A DNA stretch of 64,000 bases from Geosiphon pyriformis uo1. Lineage: Eukaryota; Fungi; Glomeromycota. The position numbers were made by a program, and so were the translations under genes. Location of the stretch: NCBI GenBank assembly GCA_016748015.1, contig JAAOMT010000479.1:275824-339823 (forward strand), written 5' to 3'. Below the pieces are notes generated by a model. That model had not been told where the DNA came from. It made no database searches and worked only from the letters and a program-made list of their open reading frames with translations. This document shows, piece by piece, positions 13,255 to 24,266 of the stretch; position 1 is the first letter of the stretch; every line of letters starts with the position of its first letter.

Positions 13255-14362
13255 AAAGTTTAGCTAATATTAGTAATACTAATTTAAAAATCTAAATATT
13301 AATATCTAAGCCCAAATTTATAAAATACACAATAGCTTTACTTATAATATTATAAGATCTTAATCTTTTTAAAAAACCATTTGTAAAAACATTAATAACA
13401 AATAATTAAGTCATTTTTAAATTTTTATTAATTGTTAATACACTACTAAAATTCAATACATTCTTTCAAAAAACATTACATCTATAAAAAAGAGCATATT
13501 TGTATGCTAATTTTCTTTGTAAAAATTAAGTAATAACAATAAATTATTAAAGTACTAAATTTTTAAGATTAAGTTTTTTTATTGGGAAAAAGTTTTTTAT
13601 TTAAAAATTCTGTCCTGTTTATTTATTAATTGTTTTTTAAAAGTTATACCAAATTTTTTCAAAAAGTATACTACATTAAAATATAACTTTTTTATTTAAA
13701 ATTTTAGAAACAAAAGTATTATTTAAGCATAAAAATGTTAAGATAATAAAACAAATCAATAGTTTAATATGATTTTAATTATACTTGCAAAAAATTATTA
13801 ATTAGATTAATTTGTAATTTAACAAGATACTATAAGAAATTTAATAAAGCCTAACTAAAAATTTGAAGATTTATAGACTTGTAATTAAACAGTTTACTTA
13901 TAATATTAAATGTATTTAAAAATAAAACCAAAGATATTATTTTGCTTTTAAGCTAAATCTGTTCAAACAATTTAAAACTGTATAATAATAAATAATACAA
14001 AATTTTATTTAGAAAGTTTTTAAAAAAATTTATTTTATATTTGTAATTTATAATTAATTATCAGCTAAAACATAGTTAAAACCAAATAAAAAAACTGTTT
14101 ATTAGAAATAATTTTTTTAGAATTATGTTTATAAAAAATTTACATCTAAATAAGTTTTAAACATATTAAATTTAAAGAGATTATTTGTAAACAAAAAAAT
14201 TTTCAAGTAGCAATATATTTTTTTTTGCAATTGTAATTAATAAATTACTAATAAACAAATTAGCATCAAAAATATATTTATTAATAAAGATAACTACAGT
14301 TTTATTATTATTAATAAAAATATTATTGATTTTAAAAAATTCATTAGCCAAGTTAAAAATAT

Positions 14363-15028
14363 TGTTACAGTTGAAACCCATAATTTTTATTAATTATCAT
14401 ATGTATTAGCCATTGATGTCATATAATTAGCCATTCTATTTTTAGATAGTGATCATTGACCTGATCAATGACCTGACTGTTGACTTGATCATTGACCTAG
14501 TCATTGACCACTTTCATTAGCTATATAAGCAATGAGTCTCTTAGCTGTAGAAAATCATCTCTCAGACAAGAATCAAATAAATAAAAATAACAACTTTCAT
14601 CTCAATCACTCTCTTATCACTAATTTCCCTTTTCCTATCTTCAAGTATCTGAACATCTTAGGATAAAAGATTACTTGTTGGCCTTTTCCTGACGTATATA
14701 ATTGTAGCATTTGAAGAGTATTTGAATAAACGTGACTGAAAAGCACAAGTTGATACCTGATATTGAATTCTAAGAGTACTGACATGAGACATAGAATTAT
14801 ATCAGTGGTGATTAATTGTTGACAGTACGGACTATCCCTCTACCTTCAGATTTCCCAGTTACCTTTGAAAAAAATAGTGACTGAGATATTTTATGAGACT
14901 GATCTTGCACATTGAATCCATACTTATTCAATTTGCTCATTGAAGTTGAATTCCCTTTGATTATTTCCATTACCCTATAATCCTGTTCTTCTTTACTATC
15001 TGTTAGCTTGTTACTCCAACTCGTAACA
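14363..15028 (+). repeat. B1 5' LTR
   Basis: Direct repeat of 21364-22029, about 92% identical by manual count. Confidence 0.95.
14450..14529 (+). promoter_or_regulatory. 5 x 12-bp TGATCATTGACC array plus TATA box (CTATATAAG) in the B LTR
   Basis: Array 14450-14509, TATA at 14521-14529. Same layout in all four B LTRs. Confidence 0.65.
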
Positions 15029-15034
15029 TAAAAG

Positions 15035-15052
15035 TGGTGCTCCCTATAAGAT
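15035..15052 (+). other. B1 primer-binding site (TGGTGCTCCCT...)
   Basis: TGG-initiated motif 6 nt after the LTR, shared with the other families. Confidence 0.85.
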
Positions 15053-15080
15053 TGTCAAAATTCATTTATTCTCTCATTGT

Positions 15081-16635
15081 ATGGGTGATTACTCATATCT
15101 GCCATAGCAATCAGAAGAACACTTTGTAGCACACAATGGAAACAAACTAGATTTCATTAAACTTAATTCTCTACCCTCCTGCTTGATCTGCTTCCTCCTT
15201 GAAGAACAATCCAGTAGACAATTCCAAGACTTTTGGAACTGGTTCCTAAATGAGCATTCAGCTGAAACTTATATAGCTTATACAACCTATTACTTTGACC
15301 AAGCTTATTTTGAAAACGACTTTGAAAAAAGAAACAACAGTATCAATCAGCTCTTATATTCTGCAACCTTTAAACAACAGCCCTCTAATTTCGAATATCT
15401 GAATCATCAAATTCACATTTGGATTGCTGCCTATTAAGCAACTGAAACTCTCTTTAAAACAGAAGAAGAAAGCTACCAAACTGCCTCTGTTTTTGACTTT
15501 TTATCAAGTGAATCAGACTCGTCTACACAAACAGTTACCCCTGAACCAATGGCTAATGACTCCATGTAAGTAAACATTCTGGCCGCCCTTCAAGGTATAC
15601 AAATTGCTCTAGAAAGAAGAAACAATACCTTACTACCACTATTTAGAGGTGATGCACAAGATCCAATTGAATGGTTGGATGATTTTGAAAGAGCTGCCAC
15701 AGCCAACCAGTATGATGAAGAATACAAGTTCTAAATCATTGGTGGTTATCTCCAAGGCTCTTCTGCTACCTGGTTCTCACAAGAAACAGATACCAATGCT
15801 CAACACAGAATAATCAGATGGATACCAATCAATGCTGGAGAAGAAAATACCTCTTTCACTACCTGATTTGAGGCCAAGTTCAGAACCCCAATATTAATAT
15901 CCAAATGGTGCATGGAATTGGAAAGAAGAACTCAAGACCCTGGAGAAGTAGTGACTGAATATGCCAAAGCTATTAGAAAGCTAATCAAACGTGTAGACTC
16001 TGGGAGAAACTGGACAGAAGAATAAAAGATTCATTCCTTCACAAAAGAATTGAGAACCGATTTATCTTATGCTCTTTGGCCTCTCTTGGCCCTAAAAAAC
16101 AACCTTACAATGGACATGGCCATTGAACTTGCCCAACGAATTGAAGACAACCAAAGAATACATTTGGGATCTACACTTCCAGTTTTTGCTCCTGCTTCTG
16201 TCATGGCTCCTGCTCCTCAAATGGCTACTGCTTCTTTTGCTGTTCAAACTCAAAATCCAAATGAACAATTAATTGACAAACTCAGCCAATCTTGCCCAGT
16301 TATTAAAACCTTTGGCACAAGCAGTCAGAGATAACCAGCAATCACCAAGACCTAAATACAAACCTCGTTTTAACCAGCCTCAGCAACCTCTCTATTAAAG
16401 ACAGCAAAATTGTGGCCCACCTGTGTGCTATTGTTGTGAATTAACTGAACATTATTCAAGAGATTGTAACAATTCTCTATTGCCTCTTCTAGCTCCCAGA
16501 AACAATGACAACCAAAACAACAGACCCAATAACAACAACAATGTCCCCAATCAAAGACCCAATCATGCCAACATCAATTTCTTTGGAGAGGATCCCCTAG
16601 TTGAAGCCACTGTTTATCAGCCTTTAAACTGGTAG
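15081..16635 (+). pseudogene. gag: B1 gag
   Basis: PLFRGDAQDPIEWLDDFERAATANQY capsid-type motif and knuckle CYCCELTEHYSRDC. Decay stops and one frameshift near 16281. Confidence 0.85.
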
Positions 16636-16656
16636 GTGCACCTCCAAAGAGTGAGA
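16623..16656 (+). promoter_or_regulatory. -1 ribosomal frameshift signal (T TTA AAC plus downstream stem-loop)
   Basis: Heptamer is in the gag frame just before the gag stop. The -1 frame leads into the PR ORF. TGCAC-CTC/GAG-GTGCA hairpin follows. Conserved in B2 at 30957. Confidence 0.8.
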
Positions 16657-19316
16657 GTGCAAGCCAACCAGAAGAAAACCTTTTTTATGCTTTTAACTTA
16701 ACTAATGATAACTATAACATAGATGAACTAGCAATCAACCTCTCTGAATCCACAAGAAAGAAAAAGAAAGCCAAAGTTGATTTTGTTCTGAACCCCAATA
16801 AAGCTTCTACATCAACTGCTGATAACAATAAGCCCCCAAAAGCCAAAGTTTTTAAGAACCCTCCAAAGTTGGAACCCCCAGAAATAGTACAAAAATCCGG
16901 CCCCTATTCTGTTGTCAAAGACCTCATGGAAACCCCAGCACATATAATCTTTGGCCAATTGATGACCCATCCACAATTCAGAAAAAATCTTCACAAATTT
17001 CTGATTCCAAAGAAAAAGACACCCAAAACCAACAAATGCCTTCACCAAGCTGGATTTGCTAACAATAGCAATGTCACTCCTATAATTTGCAAAACCCAAG
17101 TGGCTGGCTACTTCATTGATTTGATCCTAGACAGTAGATCATCTGTTAGTGTTATTGCTAAACACTTTCTTGAAGCAATTGGCAGAAAAATTGATGAATC
17201 ATCTACACGACCAATGACCAATGTGCATGATGATAAGAAGAAAGGACTTGGCATAGCCAAAGCTATTCTTGTCTGCATTAATGGCATCAGCATTGAAACT
17301 GATATGGAAGTATCTGAAGTGAAAGAATATACTATCATTGTTGGCAATGAATGGCTCAAGAAAGCAAAAGCTTTGTTTGATTATGAACTTTGTAAACTAA
17401 CCATCAGATGTGGTGAGAAACCCATTGTGGTTAAATGTCACCATTGGACAACTCCCCCAGTACCCAAGCAGAGCCCAGAAGAAAATGAATCAGACAAATC
17501 AGATGATGAAGAAAGTGAGAAAGAAAAAGAACAAAAAGAACAAGAAGAAACTGCTGAACTTACCTATACTATCTTCACCAGCAATGGCAAACCACTGGAT
17601 AATGTTAAGGCAGATAAAGAAAGAATTATTGTTAATGGTAAGCTAATCTGCTGGCCTTATTATAACATGCTCAGAAGAACCTTTGACAGAAAGCCAGGCA
17701 AGAAAGCCAAATACAGTTATTGGTGGCATGGTTCTTGTGCCCAGTGCTGGTGCGACAAACCATTGTATTCTCCTAGCAATGAATACATGTTCTGTCTGAT
17801 CTATTATAAAAATTGGGAACCAATCAGCTTGATATCCTGTGAGGAAATAAAAGAAGTCCAAAAGTCCTTTGAAAACAAACCACCTGAAATCTAATCACTG
17901 GTTGTAAAACAAAAAGAACCCTCTCCAGAAAAAAGAAAGATAGACATTGAAAACCTGCTGGCTAAAAACAGCCCAGTTATTTCAAAAGAAAGTGAACCTT
18001 CTGGACATACACATGTGATACAACACACCATCATTACCAGAGAAACTTGCTCCATTCATTTGAAGCCCTATCAATCCAACTGGTGCAATGATGAGTTTAT
18101 CAAAAAGGAAATAACCCAAATGAAAAACCTTGGATTCATACAGGAAACCAAGAGTGAATAGACATTCCTGGTTGTAGTGGTATCCAAGAAAGGAGGAACT
18201 CTATGCTTTTGTGTTGACTATTGCCAATTAAATGCCATTACTGAAAGAGACATGTACTCACTTCCCAAGATTGATGCAATGCTAGACCAATTCCATGGTG
18301 CTGCTTTTTTTTCAACTATTGACTTAACTGCTAAATTCTGGCAAGTAGAGATGAATCCAGAAAGCAGAAAGAAAACTGCTTTTATCACCAAGTATGGCAC
18401 CTATGAATTCACAGTCATGTCTTTTGGTCTCACAAATGTTCCTCCCACTTTTCAACGCTTAATGGACAAAGTATTTGAATCAATAAAAAAAAATTTTGTT
18501 CTAGTCTACTTGGATGACATAATGGTATACTCAAAAACCTGGGATGAACACCTTGAACATTTGCAAAAGGTTTTTGACCTTCTTAAAAATGCTGGCCTTA
18601 AGATCAATTCAATCAAATCATTTTTTGAACGTCAATTCACTCAGTTCCTTGGCCATCTTATTACAAAAGATGGAATCTTTCCTGATCCAACCAAAATTGA
18701 AAAAGTTCAAAACATTAGACAACCAATAAATGTTCATGAACTATGCTCTTTTCTTGGTTTGGCCTCTTATTATTGCAAGTTTGTCAAGGATTTCTCCAAA
18801 ATCGCCACTCTTTTCAATCAGCTACTTAGGAAAAACATCAATTATCACTGAGACACTCATTAACAAAAAGCATTTGAAATTCTGAAGGAAAAACTGGTTA
18901 CAGAACTCATTCTCATACAACCTAATCTAGATCGACCTTTTATCCACCATACTGATGCATCTGGCTATGAACTTGGTGCTGTTTTTTCCCAGAAAGACAA
19001 AGATGGCAGAGAACATGCCATAGCATATGCCAGTAGAACTCTCACACCAACAGAAAAGAACTACTCAGTCACTGAGCAAGAATGTTTAGCAGTAGTTTGG
19101 GCTACCAGCTACTGAAACAAATATCTTAAGGGTGTGAAATTTTTGGTGGTAACAGATCACCAAGCTTTGGTTTGGCTATGCAACAAAAAAAACCTGAAAC
19201 ATAAACAGATAACTCACTAAATACTCCACTTAAATGAATTCGACTATGACATTCAATACCACAAAGGAGCTAATCATCAAAATGCTGATGCTCTCTTCAG
19301 ACTTACCATCCAGTGA
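16623..19316 (+). pseudogene. pol: B1 pol (protease-RT-RNase H)
   Basis: LILDSRSS...IVGNEWL (PR), SFGLTNVP and YLDD (RT), TDASGY...NADAL (RH). One frame, ending TGA-TAG-TAA. Confidence 0.92.
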
Positions 19317-19382
19317 TAGTAAAACCCTCTCAAACTAAACCAACTTAATTATTTATAAACTCCCCCACAAACAAACACAATA

Positions 19383-20696
19383 ATGGACTTGGACAACTAC
19401 TCTGCCTTAATGGAATTTTTGGGTAAAGAACAATACCTGCTGGACTATACTTGACAGCAAAGAGAACATTTGCACAAATAATCAAATTTCTATTTGATTC
19501 ACCAGAACCAGTTATATAAAAGAAATAGAAAAAATCCTGACCACCTCCAGAGAGTCATTAGATTTAAAGAAAGAGAAATTGTGATCTACAATATGTACAC
19601 TGATCCATTAGCTGGACACTTTGGAAAAACAAAAACGATTCAGAAAACTTTAGCTTGCTATTATTAGCCTACCTTGGGAAAAGACATTGCTAAATACATC
19701 AAAACCTGTGATACCTGCCAAAGAAGAGGAAAACCCAATTGCAAGAAAGATATTCATCTGATCTTTGTTGGTCAACTATTTGACAGAATTGGTATAGATG
19801 TTGTTGGATCTTTAACAGTAACTCCTGATGGCAACAAATACATTATCACAGCTACTGACTATCTTACAAAATGAGTAGAAGCAAGAGCCACCCCAGATCA
19901 AACAGCAGTCTTAATTGCTAATTTCATTTATGAAGATATTATCTGTTACCACAGCTGCCCCAAAGAACTTTTATCTAATAGAGGAAGAGCTTTTTTCAGT
20001 ACACTGGTTGAAGAACTTTGCAGAAAAATGGGAATACGTCATAAACTCTCTTCTTCTTATCACCCCTAAACAAATAGCCTAGTAGAACATTTCAATAGAA
20101 CACTATGTGAAACCCTAGCCAAAACCAGTGAAGAAACCAACCTATAGGACAAAGTATTGTCTTCAGCTTTGTTTGCCTACAGAACTGTGAATCATGACAT
20201 AACAAGTTATGAACCCTTTTACTTGCTCTATGGACAAATGGCAATTCTACCAATAGAAATGGATATAAAAACAATACCTTTTGAAGAAATAACAATAGGA
20301 GATTACAAGAACATTTTGCAAAGAAGACTTGGTACCATTCTTGACTCATTGGTAAAAGCACAGATAATTGTCTTTGAAAAGATAAAACAATTCCAAGAGA
20401 AGCTTAAGAAAAAGAAAACATATAAAACACTTTCCTTAAGTGTTGGTGACTTAGTTTTAGAATACTGTTCAGACAGAGACAATGTTTATGGTGATAAATT
20501 CTCTAGCTGGTGGAAAGAACTCTTTATAGTCAACAAAGTTTTGAACAATGGTTCTTATATTTTACAAGATCAATATGGAACAATCTTCAATAATCACTCT
20601 GTTCATGGCACATAACTCAAAAAATATCACAAACGACCTAATTGGTTATCTGTTGTGGTAATACCGACCCAAATGATCAACAAAAATCAGATATAA
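19383..20696 (+). pseudogene. B1 integrase (separate ORF)
   Basis: ATG MDLDNY..., GHFG...CDTC zinc finger, IGIDVVG / TDYLTK / YHP(Q)TNSLVE core, GPY/F-type C-terminus. No chromodomain. Confidence 0.9.
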
Positions 20697-20737
20697 ATAA
20701 ATGCACCATTCCCAAAACAGAGGTATTTTTAATTGAC

Positions 20738-21304
20738 ATGAATAATTATTTTCTAGATCAAAACATTCAAAACACTTTCTACACTCTTCATGAGTACTGG
20801 ATCAAAAATTATCCAAATGCTACTTTGACTATTGGAAAACAAACCACCATAACTGATAACAGTAAAACACATACTGTTATTAGACCAAAGAAAACCACTA
20901 TCAGAAGAGAAAGAATTGGTAGCAAAATGGATAAGTATTTGCTAGAAAGCATAACAGCAGCAATACTTACACTTTCCATGACAATTGAAAAAATGATTAA
21001 GGAAATCTTGCCCATAGACAAAAACTTGTCATATGAAAGACAACTAGAACTCTATGGTTGTCTTGGTGAAATCATAGAAGAAATGAAGCTCATGAAGAAA
21101 ACAACTTCAGAGATACAAGTGGAAATTTTGGGCATTATACGTTTAAATATCCCAAGAGTTTTGACCATTACAAAAAGAGCCAAAACTCTTATACAAAGAT
21201 TTGGTCTCTTGGATACAAAGCTTATTTCACTTCAAGTACTATATATTCTATTCACAAAAGACTTCAACAAACTAGTTAGTTTTGAATTAGACAAAACTCT
21301 TTAA
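20738..21304 (+). CDS. B1 ORF3, 188-aa soluble protein of unknown function
   Basis: Intact ATG-to-TAA ORF between IN and the PPT. Same-length homolog in B2. Confidence 0.75.
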   Translation: MNNYFLDQNIQNTFYTLHEYWIKNYPNATLTIGKQTTITDNSKTHTVIRPKKTTIRRERIGSKMDKYLLESITAAILTLSMTIEKMIKEILPIDKNLSYERQLELYGCLGEIIEEMKLMKKTTSEIQVEILGIIRLNIPRVLTITKRAKTLIQRFGLLDTKLISLQVLYILFTKDFNKLVSFELDKTL

Positions 21305-21352
21305 TTAGAATACCCTATAAATAGCTTGATTTTACCAGAGCTCAATCTCTTT

Positions 21353-21363
21353 GAAGAGGATAA
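21353..21363 (+). other. B1 polypurine tract
   Basis: GAAGAGGATAA directly before the 3' LTR. Confidence 0.75.
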
Positions 21364-22029
21364 TGTTACAGTTGAAACTCATAATTTTTATTAATTATCA
21401 TATGTATTAGCCACTGATGTCATATAATTAGCCACTCTATTTTTAGATAGTGATCATTAACCTAATCAATGACCTGACCATTGACCTGATCATTGACCTA
21501 GTCATTGACCACTTTTATTAACTATATAAGCGATGAATCTCTTAGCTGTAGAAAATCATCTCTCAGACAAGAATCAAATAAATAAAAATAACAACTTTCA
21601 TCTCAATTACTCTCTTATCGCTAATTTCTCTTTCCCTACCTTCAAGTATCTGAACATCTTAGGATAAAAGATTACTTGTTGGCCTTTTCCTGACGTATAT
21701 AATTGTAGCATTTAAAGATTATTTGAAGAAATGTGACTGAAAAGCTCAAGTTGATACCTGATATTAAATTCTAAGAGCGTTGACATAAGGCATAGAATTA
21801 TACCAGTGGTGATCAATTGTTGACAGTACGGACTATCCCTTTACCTTCAGATTCTCTAGTTACCTTTGAAAAAAATAGCAACTGAGATATTTTATGAGAC
21901 TGATCTCGCACATTGAATCCATACTCATTCAATTCACTCATTGAAGTTGAATTCTCTTTGATTATTTCCATCACCCTATAATTCTGTTCTCCCTTGCTAT
22001 CCATTAGCTTGTTACTCCAACCCATAACA
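21364..22029 (+). repeat. B1 3' LTR
   Basis: Direct repeat of the 5' LTR, followed by TSD ATAT. Confidence 0.95.
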
Positions 22030-22136
22030 ATATGTTAAATTGTAATATAGCTGTTATCAATTCAGATAGTATTATTTACAAAAATATTAGCTGCTAAATA
22101 CAATATTAATTCAGATTGAATATTAATATAATCTGT

Positions 22137-22191
22137 AGTTCTAAGTAGTGTTTGGACCTTACTTGTTAAATAAATAAATAAATAAAAAATA
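22137..22191 (+). mobile_element. ~55-bp extreme 5'-truncated LINE tail
   Basis: Matches the last ~30 nt of the LINE 3'UTR plus a (TAAA)n/A tail. Flanked by ATAATCTGT at 22128-22136 and 22192-22200. Confidence 0.65.
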
Positions 22192-22760
22192 ATAATCTGT
22201 TTTTGATACATATTTAAATTTAATATAGTAACCAAAAAATTGTTTATACTTTTTTATTTTACACAAAAAGAGATCATAAAAAATGTGTTATAACAGAAAG
22301 AAAAAATTTTTATCTTAGTTTAAACTATTATAAACTTTATAATTATTAGTTAACTCAAAATTAGTCATAATATAATTTAAATAATTTGTATAAATACTCT
22401 TAAAAAATTTGATAAACTTAGAACTAGTAATTTAGATTAAACCAAAATATTTAGCCTGAAATTCAAACTAAAATAGTTCTAAATAGATTTAGAACAACAA
22501 GACAAAAAATCATAATTTTATAAATTTTCAATTGTTAAAATGTTTAAAATTATTTTTAAAATTAAAACTTGACATATCATATTATTATTATAAAAAAAAA
22601 GTTTTTATTAAATAATATTATTTATTAAAATCCAATTTTATAATATAATACAAATCAAAAAGCCATTATAATAAAAAAAAATTTTTATTATTAGTGTTTA
22701 TAATATAAATAGTAAAATCAAAAACCTATTATGACAAAAAGTTTTTTTATTAGATAATAT

Positions 22761-23747
22761 TATTACTTAAATAGAAAAGCCAATCCAAAAACTATTGAAA
22801 AAATATGAATAAAATATGATAACATAAAAAAAATATGATAATATGAAATAATACAAAATAATATATAATAACATAAAATAGTACAGAATAACTAATAATA
22901 GTATAAAAAAATGAAGCAACAACAAAAATAATAAATAATAGCTAGTAATAACAAACAATTAAAAACAATTTTATAAAACCAAAAAATATGTATAAAAACA
23001 AGTAGTTTTAGCAAATAAGAAAAAGAAAAACAGAAAATAAAAACTTATTTTCTTAAAAAACATATCTTAGCTTTAAAACTTGATAAATTTTTTTTATTTT
23101 ATTTTCTTTATATTTTTATATTTACAATTAAATAAAAATATTGTTTAATTTACTTATATATGATTTCTAAATTTGTGTTGTTAAAATCAAATTAATTATG
23201 TTTTGTATTTTTATTCTGGCTAGATGTTCTTAACATAAACAGCTTTAAAATTTTAATAACTTGAATCAATTATTCTTGATTATGGAAATAATGATACTAA
23301 TTTCATTTTTTTTTTATTTTTTTAATTCTTTTTTTCTTTTGGTAGAGTAACAACATTAAAAAAATTGACTGTTTAAAAATAAACTTCATAATAGTCTGGT
23401 AAAATAAAGAAGCTTTTTTTAGATTTGAATATTAATTTTATATTGTTAGCTTAACAAAAAAGTGAAAAGACAACATTAAATCTTAGCACCTGTACTTAAT
23501 TAGCTTAGAAAAAATAACTTATATATATCTAACTGCAATCAGTTAAATTATATCTTTGTGCTTTATAACCAAAGAATTTTATAAGTAAATTCACATCTAT
23601 TAAAAACTTTTAGAGACTGATAATCCTAATCTATTGCTTATACAAACAAAAAAAACTCTTAAATATTTTTATTTAAATATAGAGTACTAAATATTACTAT
23701 TATATCTTACCAAGTTTATTTATAATATTTGGTGCTCTTTGTAAGAT
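22761..23747 (+). repeat. 5' LTR and PBS of old Gypsy element E
   Basis: Ends TATAATA-TT-TGGTGCTCTTTGTAAGA (LTR end 23727, PBS from 23730). Start inferred from TATTACT. Internal AATATGATAA-like repeats at 22800-22900. Confidence 0.6.
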
Positions 23748-24266
23748 TATAAAATTCACAAAGACAGAACACTCCAGAAATTTACAAAAATAATAACTAT
23801 TAAAACTATAAAAAAAATTACTTATTATTTGAAAAAGCATTATTTTAATATTTTAGGAAAAACTTAAAAATATCAACAGAAAACATTATTGCCAAAAGCA
23901 ATTTTTGTTATTATGTATACATTAAAATCAACTATTTATTAAACCAAACAACTAATTTAAAAAAACTGGTTCGAATTTTGTGCTTTTTGTTCTGGTAAAA
24001 AATAAATTTATTAAGGCTGGTAGAATAGTAGTGTTCAGAAACATTCATTATTTTGCTCAGAAGATTTTTAAGACTGTGCATTGTGCTTAGTAAAAGATTA
24101 GATCTGGTTTTAATGTTATTGACAAAAACATGGTTGGTAAAATAGATTAGATTTGTACTGTATCAATTTGGCATCTTGACTTATACATGGCAGCTGGCTT
24201 CATAAGCAAATTTACAGCTGGTTTGTGTTTATATTTCATAAAGGCTTTGCATTATCATTTATTCAT

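Larger units (their letters stand above)
14363..22029 (+). mobile_element. Full-length Ty3/Gypsy LTR retrotransposon B1
   Basis: Two 666-bp TGT...ACA LTRs, TSD ATAT, PBS, PPT and domain order PR-RT-RH-IN. Confidence 0.95.
9670..22750 (-). mobile_element. Second old LINE (RT-RNase H-CCHC-3'UTR), interrupted by the ORF1-only element, Gypsy B1 and a micro-insertion
   Basis: Decayed 3'UTR and poly(T) at 9670-9810. CCHC-region relic ~10290-10440. RNase H LAKL|*TIILVF is split at 10940/13267. RT FV(NN)TI(W)...HI|FNLANEFFKIN is split at 22030/14362. 5' end approximate. Confidence 0.75.

Noticed and set aside
14450-14509. LTR arrays as CRISPR-like repeats
   Set aside because: Head-to-tail units without unique spacers, inside LTRs, and no cas genes.
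15081-20696. Alternative genetic code or stop readthrough explaining in-frame stops
   Set aside because: All three stop types occur, mostly at different positions in B1 and B2, and they map to CAA/CAG/CGA/TGG, so they are mutational.
20450-20696. Chromodomain at the integrase C-terminus
   Set aside because: IN ends shortly after the GPY/F-type module with no YLVKW-like motif.
20738-21304. ORF3 as an envelope gene
   Set aside because: Too short, with no evident signal peptide, transmembrane anchor or fusion-protein features.
21813-22025. Antisense 70-aa ORF in the B LTR (also 36146-36331)
   Set aside because: The ATG is ACG in the B1 5' LTR (a CpG decay product) and the B2 copy is frameshifted, so recurrence reflects LTR homology only.
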